Positions 28,459 to 37,690 of a DNA stretch of 64,000 nucleotides are shown piece by piece (the first letter of the stretch is position 1; the number at the start of each line of letters is the position of its first letter). Source of the stretch: a virus. The position numbers and the translations under genes were made by a program. The stretch lies in the IMG/VR virus record IMGVR_UViG_3300040807_002082, positions 1-64,000 of that record, one strand, 5' to 3'. The notes under the pieces were generated by a model that was not told the origin of the DNA, made no database searches, and saw nothing but the letters and a program-made list of their open reading frames with translations.

Positions 28459-29022
28459 ATGGAGGATGACATGTCTTTGAAATTAAAAGAACTTACGTGG
28501 GCTCATCACCAAGCAGCAGAAAGAAGAGCGTTTGCTAAACAGCTTTTAAGTGGTAAAATTGAACCAAAGCTGTATCATAAGTTCTTGTGTTGCCAATATT
28601 TGAATTATCAAATTCTTGAGTCATACACAGAAGTACCATCGCATTTATTACCGATAAGAAGAGAATCACGTATCTGGACAGACATCCGTGAGCTTGAGGT
28701 AGAATACGATTTAACACCCGATGGAAATTACCCTCAATCCGTCGAGGATTATAACAAACATATTAAGAGTCTTGCTGAAAAAGGAGATCAACACGGTCTT
28801 CTTGCGCATATGTATGTACGTCATTTTGGCGATTTACATGGCGGTCAGATGATTAAAAAACGAGTTCCTGGTTCTGGTAAAATGTATGAGTTTGAACTCG
28901 AAAAAGAATATCTCATTGAGGAATTTCGTAAATATCTTGATGACGATATGGCTGAGGAAGCGAAAATATGTTTTGATTTTGCATCTCAGCTTTTTGATGA
29001 ATTGTCTAAAGAAATAGATTGA
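28459..29022 (+). CDS. hemO: heme oxygenase (HemO type; probable start 28471)
   Basis: LKELTWAHHQAAE proximal His helix, YVRHFGDLHGGQMI distal helix, EA..CF; TATAAATA at 28438. Confidence 0.92.
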   Translation: MEDDMSLKLKELTWAHHQAAERRAFAKQLLSGKIEPKLYHKFLCCQYLNYQILESYTEVPSHLLPIRRESRIWTDIRELEVEYDLTPDGNYPQSVEDYNKHIKSLAEKGDQHGLLAHMYVRHFGDLHGGQMIKKRVPGSGKMYEFELEKEYLIEEFRKYLDDDMAEEAKICFDFASQLFDELSKEID

Positions 29023-29075
29023 CATTTCATTAAACTGTTATATTATTAAATTGTAGCAAACAAACGGAGGGTAAC

Positions 29076-29249
29076 ATGGAACAAGCAATTCCTGTATACG
29101 AAGATGTTGAAGTTAAACCTGTAGTACGCGGAGAGCGTATGCTACGTAGTGAAGCTGCACGAACTAGGCGACGAGAATTGAAGACCGTTCGTGAGAATCG
29201 AGTCATTAACGAATGGGCACGTGCTCGGCGCGCAAAGAAGAAGAAATAA
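29076..29249 (+). CDS. Arg-rich 57-aa protein
   Basis: Hand translation MEQAIPVYEDVEVKPVVRGERMLRSEAARTRRRELKTVRENRVINEWARARRAKKKK; SD GGAGG. Confidence 0.7.
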   Translation: MEQAIPVYEDVEVKPVVRGERMLRSEAARTRRRELKTVRENRVINEWARARRAKKKK

Positions 29250-29452
29250 TGACAAGTTATTTGACAGAAGTAAAGGAGGATCCCCTTAACGGGGACCTCT
29301 ACATCGAGTTCCCACCAGAATTTTTAGAAGAATTAGGATGGGGAGAAAACGACGAACTGATTTGGGAACAAACCGATCTTGGTTGGTCAATAAGGAAAAA
29401 TGAAGATGCATCCATTATGGATCAGGCTCGAAAAACTGGCGACCAATCTTAG
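29249..29452 (+). CDS. AbrB/MazE/SpoVT-like small DNA-binding protein
   Basis: DLYIEFPPEFLEELGWGENDELIW. Confidence 0.75.
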   Translation: MTSYLTEVKEDPLNGDLYIEFPPEFLEELGWGENDELIWEQTDLGWSIRKNEDASIMDQARKTGDQS

Positions 29453-30089
29453 CAAAAAATTTGACGAGCATTTTACAAAATGGGATAATCCAAAATACGA
29501 TGATAGTCTAAAGTTTCCTGGATGGAAAGACGATTTTTGGTTATCTCCTTTAATTCGTAAAGCGCATTTAAAAACAATCGTACCTGAGGACGGTAAAGGA
29601 TTGTGGCTAATGCATGTGAATGTATTTCCACGCGAAGGTATTGAATTGCCAATCCTTGGGTTTGATATTGTAGCAGGTCCTAAAAAGATTACAGGATCTT
29701 TTATGGATTTTAGCCCATTACACGGTCATCCACATCCGTACCATGATTATATGGAAATGGTAGTTAAAAATCTTGAATGGGTTAAAGCAAGAGAATTACC
29801 ACCTTGGGCAAAAGAAATCTTTTCAGAGGATATGATTGCAGTTGGTAACATTAATACAGACGAAGAATTAAATCAATTCATTGACGTCACGACAGATCTT
29901 ACAGATTATTATTTAGATAACATTGTAAAAAATGCGTTCAGGTCAAATCGCGATACAAAACCAATTCTAAACAAATATTGCTTTAATCAAAAAATGAATC
30001 CACATTTACATCGTTCAATTGAAGCAATGGGCATCTCAAAACAAGATAAGAATCGTTACGTTGATACTATTTTATTTGAGGAGATATAA
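29400..30089 (+). CDS. pcyX: ferredoxin-dependent bilin reductase (PcyX/PcyA type)
   Basis: IRKAHL, LWLMHV.VFP, PILGFDIVAGPKKITG.F.DFSP, LPPWAKEIFS, YC.NQK.NPH. Confidence 0.88.
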   Translation: MKMHPLWIRLEKLATNLSKKFDEHFTKWDNPKYDDSLKFPGWKDDFWLSPLIRKAHLKTIVPEDGKGLWLMHVNVFPREGIELPILGFDIVAGPKKITGSFMDFSPLHGHPHPYHDYMEMVVKNLEWVKARELPPWAKEIFSEDMIAVGNINTDEELNQFIDVTTDLTDYYLDNIVKNAFRSNRDTKPILNKYCFNQKMNPHLHRSIEAMGISKQDKNRYVDTILFEEI

Positions 30090-30766
30090 TGGCATTTCTT
30101 GTACACCCTTTGCCGCCAGTGAGTGTATACGTACGTAAAGAATATTTGTATGATTTGGAAAAAGGACATGGTGAATTCACTCCAGGTATTTGGATAAGCC
30201 TTAAGAGCACTAAATATAAAGCTCTTTATTTTGAAACCTTGTTAACCGATTATGGTGCACTCTATGATAAACTTCCTATCTCGGCTTTCGTTTGGAAAAC
30301 AGATCATGGCGAGCTTCTTCCTCTTGATGTGCTTCAGCTATGGGATTGCTTTGACTATGACATCACTGTCGTACAAAAACCACTCTTGTCACGCTGTGAA
30401 TTTTTCGGAAAGGATCGAAGAATGCATGCAGGAGAATACGAATTCACAGTGGATAATTGTCACCGCGATACTTCCATCATTGACACCAACTTCAGTGAAC
30501 ACGATCCCGAACACAAATCCTTCAACGTCATTAGGCTTGACAACGGTCAATTCGCTGCTCAGCCTAACAATCGGGTTATCTGGCGTGATAGCTCCTTAAC
30601 TCCTGATAAATTACTACAGCCTGACTTTAAAGTATGTACTCAAAACTACGCAGTAGAAACAGAACCTAAATGGTCTGTTGGCCACACTGACGAATGGCAA
30701 TATAAGACAGAAGAAGAGTACGAAATTTACCAATCAAAAGAATTGAAGAAAGGAAAAAACAGTTGA
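30089..30766 (+). CDS. conserved hypothetical protein
   Basis: VRKEYLYD...GHGEF, LQLWDCF, EHKSFN, NGQFAAQPNNR. Confidence 0.85.
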   Translation: MAFLVHPLPPVSVYVRKEYLYDLEKGHGEFTPGIWISLKSTKYKALYFETLLTDYGALYDKLPISAFVWKTDHGELLPLDVLQLWDCFDYDITVVQKPLLSRCEFFGKDRRMHAGEYEFTVDNCHRDTSIIDTNFSEHDPEHKSFNVIRLDNGQFAAQPNNRVIWRDSSLTPDKLLQPDFKVCTQNYAVETEPKWSVGHTDEWQYKTEEEYEIYQSKELKKGKNS

Positions 30767-30981
30767 CAGTATTGCATTGCTGTGATAATATTAATATAAC
30801 TAATGGCACTACAAGCGTTATGTTTGGTCGCCATCGTTATGAAGTAAATGTGGTATTCTGTAAAGAGTGTGGATCACAAAAAGCAACTTCACATATTAAA
30901 CATATAAAGGAGGGTACGTATAATGACGACGTTCGTCAACCAATTCCTGGGAGAACGGGACGGGCAACAGCTACGAGCTGA
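30763..30981 (+). CDS. possible Zn-ribbon hypothetical protein
   Basis: HCC...CKECG; TTG start overlaps upstream TGA. Confidence 0.5.
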   Translation: MTVLHCCDNINITNGTTSVMFGRHRYEVNVVFCKECGSQKATSHIKHIKEGTYNDDVRQPIPGRTGRATATS

Positions 30982-31129
30982 AATCCACTCGGCAGGGCAA
31001 GGCTACACAATTAACTATTACATTAATGGAAACTTTATTAAAGAAGAAGCTATTATTGGTCGCAGCGTACATTACGTTGAAGATGCAGCGAATAATTGGA
31101 TTAGCGGGATTAAGGTGTTAAACGGATAA
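30923..31129 (+). CDS. hypothetical protein
   Basis: SD AAGGAGG; SVHYVEDAANNW. Confidence 0.75.
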   Translation: MTTFVNQFLGERDGQQLRAEIHSAGQGYTINYYINGNFIKEEAIIGRSVHYVEDAANNWISGIKVLNG

Positions 31130-31368
31130 TGATTACGCCGCCTCGATCCCCTGAAAAAATACATCATGAAATTTCTCATATGCTTGCAGCAGGTATTAAC
31201 TATATTGATGCTTTGTGTGAATACGCACGAGCAAACGATTTAGAAATTGAAACTGTTGCAGACATTGTGAAAAAGTCTTCAATCCTTAAAGAGAAAGTAA
31301 GGAGTGAAGCGGTTGACTTGAAAATGGTAAAACGAGATGAGCCTGATATCACACGGATATGCGACTGA
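31129..31368 (+). CDS. 33: late-promoter coactivator gp33
   Basis: NYIDAL.EY...N.LE.E....L.EK...EA; precedes gp59. Confidence 0.8.
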   Translation: MITPPRSPEKIHHEISHMLAAGINYIDALCEYARANDLEIETVADIVKKSSILKEKVRSEAVDLKMVKRDEPDITRICD

Positions 31369-31939
31369 GGAATCTTTCCGTCTGTATGTAAATTACCTTG
31401 CTATGAAAAAGCATTTTACTACAGACGGATATGATTATCAAAAATATAACGGTAAAGTACGAGCAACATACGAAAAGTATATGACTCGGCCTGACGTTTA
31501 TTTCTTTCACAAACTGTCAAAGATGGACGATCCTCAAGGGGTTATGCTTTCTAATATGATTGTGAAACCTGATATATGGATCCGTGATATTGTTGAAGAA
31601 ACAGGAGAATCTCGTTATCTTGAGTGGCGCAAACGCATTGAGTCGTTATCATATCTTTTTAAAAATGACTTAAACAAACTCGACGATAACTATCAAGCCA
31701 ACTTTGCTGTTCATGACGGACAGCACCCACATATCATGTCGCTTTATTTGCAGCGGCAAATCAGTTTGGAGACATTGTCTATTATCGCATCGGCATCAAA
31801 AATATTTGCCTATTGGGAGAAAGAAATTGTTGACAAATTCGTTGCACGTGATATAATTAGATTATCAAAGAAGTACAGACCCTTCCTAGATATTTCAGAA
31901 AAAAAGTTTAAAGATCTGATCCGTGAACGGTTTTTCTGA
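31337..31939 (+). CDS. 59: helicase loader gp59
   Basis: YLAMKKHF...YDY.KY.GK, D..FF.KL, ISLETL, KY.PFL. Confidence 0.9.
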   Translation: MSLISHGYATEESFRLYVNYLAMKKHFTTDGYDYQKYNGKVRATYEKYMTRPDVYFFHKLSKMDDPQGVMLSNMIVKPDIWIRDIVEETGESRYLEWRKRIESLSYLFKNDLNKLDDNYQANFAVHDGQHPHIMSLYLQRQISLETLSIIASASKIFAYWEKEIVDKFVARDIIRLSKKYRPFLDISEKKFKDLIRERFF

Positions 31940-32016
31940 TATAAATATATGGTCGGTTAATCCGATACATATTATTGCATACTACGAAAATATAACGCTA
32001 TACAAGGAGAATACAT

Positions 32017-32943
32017 ATGGCAATGTCATTTGACGCACTTAAAAAATCTCGTTCATCTTCGCTTGACAAGTTGAACGCGCAGCTCGAAAAAGTATCACAA
32101 AAGAGCTACTCTGATCCCAACGAAGGCAAATTCTGGAAACCAACCCGCGATAAGGCAGGTAATGGTTTTGCTATTATTCGTTTCTTACCTGCATCTGAAG
32201 GTGAAGAAATGCCTTTCGTACGCATTTGGGATCACGGCTTCCAAGGTCCAACAGGATTGTGGTATATCGAGAATTCTCTTACAACCCTCAACCAGGATGA
32301 CCCGGTTTCAGAGTATAACTCTAAACTATGGAACTCAGGTATTGATTCCGACAAAGAACAAGCACGCAAACAAAAGCGCCGCTTGAAGTACGTTGCGAAT
32401 ATCCAGGTTATTAAGGATGGGGCAAATCCTGAAAATGATGGTAAGGTATTCCTTTACCAATTTGGCAAGAAAATCTTTGATAAGCTGAACGATTTGATGA
32501 ATCCTCAGTTTGAAGATGAAACGCCAGTCAACCCATTTGATCTATGGGAAGGCGCAAACTTCCGTCTAAAAATTCGCCAATTTGAAGGTTACCCAAACTA
32601 CGACAAGTCTGAGTTTGATTCTCCTTCTGCATTGTCCGATGATGATGCTGAGCTCGAACGTATTTGGAAACAGCAGCATTCGCTACAAGAATTGCTTGAT
32701 CCAAAGAACTTCAAGTCTTATGCTGAATTGAAGGCAAAGCTGTACCGTGTATTGGCAATGGATGAAGAACCATCCACGCCGACTCAGGCAACAGACGATT
32801 CCGATGATTTGGATCTCAGCTCAATGGGTAATACTCAACAAGCTGCTCCTGCACCATCGGCGCCTGCAGCACCTGCGGCAGCAATGTCAATGGATGATGA
32901 CGATGACGATCTCTCAATCTTTAAGGAACTAGCGAATGGATAA
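32017..32943 (+). CDS. 32: single-stranded DNA-binding protein gp32
   Basis: DKAGNG.A.IRFLP, WYIENS, GANF.LK, NYDKSEF, acidic tail. Confidence 0.96.
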   Translation: MAMSFDALKKSRSSSLDKLNAQLEKVSQKSYSDPNEGKFWKPTRDKAGNGFAIIRFLPASEGEEMPFVRIWDHGFQGPTGLWYIENSLTTLNQDDPVSEYNSKLWNSGIDSDKEQARKQKRRLKYVANIQVIKDGANPENDGKVFLYQFGKKIFDKLNDLMNPQFEDETPVNPFDLWEGANFRLKIRQFEGYPNYDKSEFDSPSALSDDDAELERIWKQQHSLQELLDPKNFKSYAELKAKLYRVLAMDEEPSTPTQATDDSDDLDLSSMGNTQQAAPAPSAPAAPAAAMSMDDDDDDLSIFKELANG

Positions 32944-33262
32944 GAAGGTCTACGAAGAAGTCTTGGATTTTGACTTTGGTTTTAGTTTTATTGATGAAGA
33001 AATTCAGGAAAAAGAACAACAAGCCAATGAGCAAATCGAGGCGGAACGTAGAGCTAAAGAGGAGCTTGAAGACAAGGTAACTCAAGCCAAAGTATCGGCT
33101 GAAGAATATGAATACCGTCTTGAGCTCCTCTATAAATCCATTTCGCCATTTTTGGATAATCTTTGTAAAAACCCGGACAAGTCAACAATTTATTGGCCTG
33201 ACCGGGTCGCAAAGATTGAAGCATATAAAAGCAAGTTGCTTAGGATTGTAGAGGGGACCTAA
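32936..33262 (+). CDS. conserved hypothetical protein
   Basis: DFDFGFS, P.L.NL..NP.K..IYWPDR. Confidence 0.8.
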   Translation: MDKKVYEEVLDFDFGFSFIDEEIQEKEQQANEQIEAERRAKEELEDKVTQAKVSAEEYEYRLELLYKSISPFLDNLCKNPDKSTIYWPDRVAKIEAYKSKLLRIVEGT

Positions 33263-34327
33263 ATGAGTCTATTAGATAAATTAGTTAAAAACAGTACCAT
33301 CAAGATGACTGCTCCTATCACGGAGTCGAAGGTTTATGGTAAAAAGGATATGGCACCTACGCCTGTTCCGATGGTAAACGTTGCATTATCCGGTCGTGTT
33401 GACGGTGGGGTAACGCCAGGACTACTTGTACTCGCAGGTCCGTCCAAACACTTCAAGTCTGCATTCGCATTACTTATGGCGGCGGCATACATGAAGAAAA
33501 ACAAAGATGCAGTTTGTTTGTTCTATGATTCTGAATTTGGTACGCCGCAGGCATACTTTGAATCATTTGGTATTGATATGGAACGTACTGTTCATACACC
33601 GATTACCAACGTTGAAGAACTTAAGTTTGATATTGCTCAGCAGCTTGACCAAATCGACAAGAGTGATGATGTGATTATTGTTATTGACTCGGTTGGTAAC
33701 CTTGCTTCTAAAAAGGAAGTTGAGGATGCCCTTGATGGTAAATCAGTTGCTGATATGTCTCGAGCTAAAGCACTCAAATCTTTGTTCCGCATTGTAACAC
33801 CACACTTGAACCTAAAGGATATTCCGTTGATTGCGGTTAACCATACTTACCAAGAAATTGGTTTGTTTCCTAAGGCAATTGTTTCTGGTGGTACAGGCAT
33901 TTACTATTCAGCCGATGCGATTTGGATTATCGGCCGCCAACAGGATAAGGTTGGTACTGAAATCCAAGGTTATCACTTTGTTATCAACATTGAGAAATCT
34001 CGCCATGTTAAAGAGAAATCCAAAATCCCGATTTCAGTATCTTGGGATGGAGGAATGGTCAAATGGTCAGGTCTCATGGATGTTGCTGAAAAAGGTGGTT
34101 ACATTCGTAAGCCAAAGGTTGGATGGTATGAAGCTGTTAATCCAGCCACCGGCGAAATCATCTCTGAAAAACTACTTCGAGCAAAAGAAATTGTTGACAA
34201 TTCCGAGTTTTGGGATATAATGTTTAAACAAACAGATTTTGAAGATTTCATCAAAAACGCTTTCTCTGTTGGTGGCAATGCCATCTTGAAAGATGATGAA
34301 GAAGTAGCAGAGGTTGATGCCGTATAA
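33263..34327 (+). CDS. uvsX: RecA-like recombinase UvsX
   Basis: AGPSKHFKS, YDSEFG, DS.GNLASKKE. Confidence 0.96.
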   Translation: MSLLDKLVKNSTIKMTAPITESKVYGKKDMAPTPVPMVNVALSGRVDGGVTPGLLVLAGPSKHFKSAFALLMAAAYMKKNKDAVCLFYDSEFGTPQAYFESFGIDMERTVHTPITNVEELKFDIAQQLDQIDKSDDVIIVIDSVGNLASKKEVEDALDGKSVADMSRAKALKSLFRIVTPHLNLKDIPLIAVNHTYQEIGLFPKAIVSGGTGIYYSADAIWIIGRQQDKVGTEIQGYHFVINIEKSRHVKEKSKIPISVSWDGGMVKWSGLMDVAEKGGYIRKPKVGWYEAVNPATGEIISEKLLRAKEIVDNSEFWDIMFKQTDFEDFIKNAFSVGGNAILKDDEEVAEVDAV

Positions 34328-35745
34328 TGATTGAGAAAACAGTTTTAACTAACCTTATATTTAATGAAGATTATTATCGTCGAGTGTATCCATACATTAA
34401 GTCTGAATACTTTGATGATATTAGTCATAAGAAAATCTTTGATACTTATTCACATTATGTTGAAGAATTTAAGGAGCCTCCGTCAATTGAGGCTCTGAAA
34501 ATTTCTATTGATAAACGCAAAGATTTGAATGAAGATGCCTATAAGAATGTAATGGATCAAGTTTCCGAAATGAAACGAGATCCTGATACTAATCTTGATT
34601 GGCTGGTTAGTGAAACTGAAAAGTTCTGTCAAGACAAGGATTTGTTTAATGCTATTCGCAAAGCAATCCTTGTTATTGATGGAGAAGATAAAGAACTGGA
34701 TAAAGGTTCATTACCTGAGCTTTTATCTAATTCGCTCTCAATTAGTTTTGATACTTCTATTGGTCATGATTATCTTGAAGATTATGAAGGCCGATATGAT
34801 TTCTATCACAAGAAAGAAGAACGCCTTCCGTTTGATATTGACCTTCTAAACAAGGTCACTAAAGGCGGCTTACCACGCAAGTCAATGTCTGTGCTCCTTG
34901 CAACAACCGGCGGTGGTAAGTCGCTCGTCAAATGTCATATGGCTGCAAGCTATTTGATGCACGGTAAGAATGTTCTTTACATTACAATGGAAATGGCCGA
35001 AGAACGTATTGCTGAACGTATTGACGCCAATATGATGGATGTTACCATTGACGAATTAAAAGAACTCCCCAGAGATGTTTACGAAAAAAGAATTGGTCGT
35101 ATTCAATCAAAAACAACGGGCAAGCTTGTCGTTAAGGAATATCCAACAGGTTCGGCACACGTCGGCCATTTCCGCCATTTATTAAATGAACTACGTATGA
35201 AACGTGGTTTTACCCCTGATGTTGTCTTTATTGACTATCTAAATATTTGTGCAAGCGCTCGAGTAAAAGGTGCCGCTGCAGCTAATTCATATACACTTGT
35301 AAAATCAATTGCGGAGGAAGTTCGTGGCCTTGCTATGGAGTATAATTGCGCTGTCGTTACTAGTTCTCAGTTTAACCGCGACGGCTACGGGAACTCAGAC
35401 GTTGACCTTACTAACACTTCTGAGTCTATGGGGATCACTCATACTGCTGACTGTATCCTCGGCTTAATTACATCAGAAGATCTTGATAATCTTGGTCAAC
35501 TTATGATTAAGCAACTTAAAAATCGTTGGGGCGACTTGAGTTATTACCGTCGGTTTGTTGTCGGTATTGACCGAGCAAAAATGAAAATCTATGACCTTGA
35601 AGATTCAGCTCAGAACGGAGTTTCTCAAGACGGACCGCAGGCAGGCAAATTGCCAAAGCCTGATAACGATGCTCCGATATTTGACAAAGGTTCATTTGGT
35701 ACAAAAAGTAAGAAAGGACTGTTTTCTGCAGGAGATTTAATGTGA
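34327..35745 (+). CDS. 41: replicative DNA helicase gp41
   Basis: Walker [30 protein letters not shown]. Confidence 0.95.
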   Translation: MIEKTVLTNLIFNEDYYRRVYPYIKSEYFDDISHKKIFDTYSHYVEEFKEPPSIEALKISIDKRKDLNEDAYKNVMDQVSEMKRDPDTNLDWLVSETEKFCQDKDLFNAIRKAILVIDGEDKELDKGSLPELLSNSLSISFDTSIGHDYLEDYEGRYDFYHKKEERLPFDIDLLNKVTKGGLPRKSMSVLLATTGGGKSLVKCHMAASYLMHGKNVLYITMEMAEERIAERIDANMMDVTIDELKELPRDVYEKRIGRIQSKTTGKLVVKEYPTGSAHVGHFRHLLNELRMKRGFTPDVVFIDYLNICASARVKGAAAANSYTLVKSIAEEVRGLAMEYNCAVVTSSQFNRDGYGNSDVDLTNTSESMGITHTADCILGLITSEDLDNLGQLMIKQLKNRWGDLSYYRRFVVGIDRAKMKIYDLEDSAQNGVSQDGPQAGKLPKPDNDAPIFDKGSFGTKSKKGLFSAGDLM

Positions 35746-36086
35746 CGTATTTAGTTACGGACAACTGTATAAAATGTAAACATACCGATTGTGTTGCAGT
35801 TTGTCCGGTTGATTGTTTTTATGAAGGTGACGATATGCTTGTAATTGATCCAGACGAATGTATTGATTGCGGTGTGTGCGTTCCTGAATGTCCTGTTGAT
35901 GCTATCATTGCAGATGTAGATTTGCCCGAACCTGATAGATCTAAATGGATTGAAATTAATACTGTGTATAGCGACAAGTGGCGCTATAACAATATTACCG
36001 AGCAAAAAGATCCGTTACCCGATGCTGAAGATTGGGACGGAGTACCAAATAAGTATGAAGCGTTCATGGATAAGGAGATAAAATGA
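35742..36086 (+). CDS. fdxA: ferredoxin, FdxA family (7Fe/8Fe)
   Basis: [21 protein letters not shown]...[16 protein letters not shown]. Confidence 0.93.
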   Translation: MTYLVTDNCIKCKHTDCVAVCPVDCFYEGDDMLVIDPDECIDCGVCVPECPVDAIIADVDLPEPDRSKWIEINTVYSDKWRYNNITEQKDPLPDAEDWDGVPNKYEAFMDKEIK

Positions 36087-36322
36087 GCTACGTTGTTGTT
36101 GACGATAATTACATTCTTGAAAAAGAATCAAATCATAAGCTTTATTTCAACGAGACAAAGCACCAGCTTAACAAAATTACACGTAAGTTAAACCTTGGGG
36201 CAGGATTTCAAGGATTTACTCCACTCTTTATGTGCAGCCCTCTCAGATCAACTTTTATAAATAACTGTAAAGAAACACAGTTAGAATCAGGGTTAACATG
36301 CAAACGTTTAAGCAGCACCTAA
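36083..36322 (+). CDS. hypothetical protein
   Basis: SD AAGGAG; LN.G.GF.G.TP.F. Confidence 0.65.
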   Translation: MSYVVVDDNYILEKESNHKLYFNETKHQLNKITRKLNLGAGFQGFTPLFMCSPLRSTFINNCKETQLESGLTCKRLSST

Positions 36323-37404
36323 ATGAAGCCACTGGCGGCTATATACATTTTCCTAAATCAGATGATGAGGTTGATGCTCTCGACTTTATACCTGACGAAA
36401 AGAAAGATGCCTTAAAAGATCTTCTCAAAACAATTCAAACAAACAAGTCAGGAGTTAAAGATCCTATTGCGTTGGATGCTTCAAATCCAAACAACGTAAA
36501 GGTAATGAGAACACTTGCTCTCGACTTTGATCTTAAAGCTCTATCAACAAATTACGGGTTTAAGGTATCGGCAGGTAACGGATCCCGTGGAGGTGGTGGT
36601 TCTAAATCAAAAGGTTTTGCATTTGAAGATCAAATCATTCAAGACGTTGAAAAGTATATTGCGCAAGGTCCTGATGCTGATTTCCAATTCCCAGACATGA
36701 TGTCAGCAATGCATAATTCCTTTCTAAAGGATGCGCAATCAATTAGTGTACGATCTGACGGCGCAGCAAATACAAAACGTCCATTGCAGGTTACAGACGC
36801 TTCATTACTAATCGGCGGAAGAGATTTAAACGTTGGTCCACGAGTTACTGATGTAACTGTTACGGCTGACGGTGTTCCATATTATCTATCAGCAAAATTT
36901 GGTGGTACGGTTACTTTCTTTAACGTAGGAGTAACGAAGGTATTCCCTGCATCTGAATTTGAAGCAGGCAAATTCAAATCGCGTGAAGCACTTAGTATTT
37001 TAAAGGCATTCGGAATTGACGAGAAAGAGTTTATTAATATCTTTACGTCATACGATCCTAGAGCGGCAAAGCGCGGCGGCAAGAAAACACGCATTGACGT
37101 AACAAAGAAAATCAATAAAAGAATGCTGCAGCAAATGCTGTTAACTGGTGTTGGATACGGTTATTGGATGGTGCACCAAAAAGGCAAGAAGGTTGAGTTT
37201 TACGAAATGACTAAACGTAAAATGATGCAGTCTGCAAAAATACAAAAGGTCACAATCTTATATCCTGAACCAGGCTCTGCAAAGCGTTTGGATATTGAAG
37301 TATTAACTCCTCGTTATGAATTTAAAATAAATATTCGTAATAAGCAAGGTGGATTATATCCATCTCATATTATGGCAGACTATAAATATAGAAGTAATGA
37401 TTAA
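36298..37404 (+). CDS. putative internal head protein with PD-(D/E)xK-like nuclease fold
   Basis: N-terminus [10 protein letters not shown]; G..FE...TDV.......YLSAK; late promoter at 36256. Confidence 0.6.
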   Translation: MQTFKQHLNEATGGYIHFPKSDDEVDALDFIPDEKKDALKDLLKTIQTNKSGVKDPIALDASNPNNVKVMRTLALDFDLKALSTNYGFKVSAGNGSRGGGGSKSKGFAFEDQIIQDVEKYIAQGPDADFQFPDMMSAMHNSFLKDAQSISVRSDGAANTKRPLQVTDASLLIGGRDLNVGPRVTDVTVTADGVPYYLSAKFGGTVTFFNVGVTKVFPASEFEAGKFKSREALSILKAFGIDEKEFINIFTSYDPRAAKRGGKKTRIDVTKKINKRMLQQMLLTGVGYGYWMVHQKGKKVEFYEMTKRKMMQSAKIQKVTILYPEPGSAKRLDIEVLTPRYEFKINIRNKQGGLYPSHIMADYKYRSND

Positions 37405-37690
37405 TTTTCGCAAATATCTTTCTGAAGGCATTAAGCTCAAATTGATTCGTGGTAAGGATCAAGATGTTTTAAAGATGTGGGATACGAAAGAAAAGAGTTG
37501 GGTAGAACTAAGAGGAAAACCAGATTTTGAGCGAAGATACGATCCAAAAGATCCATTACACAAAGCAATTGCTGCTATTGGCAAGTCGGCTAACATTTCT
37601 GATTTTGTTAATGGAGACGAGGTCAGCATTAATCCGAACCATCCAGATGGTAAAAAGGCATTACAGACAATTAAAAAGTTGATGAAATGA
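37397..37690 (+). CDS. putative internal head protein
   Basis: MINFRKYLSE N-terminus; TATAAATA at 37381. Confidence 0.7.
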   Translation: MINFRKYLSEGIKLKLIRGKDQDVLKMWDTKEKSWVELRGKPDFERRYDPKDPLHKAIAAIGKSANISDFVNGDEVSINPNHPDGKKALQTIKKLMK

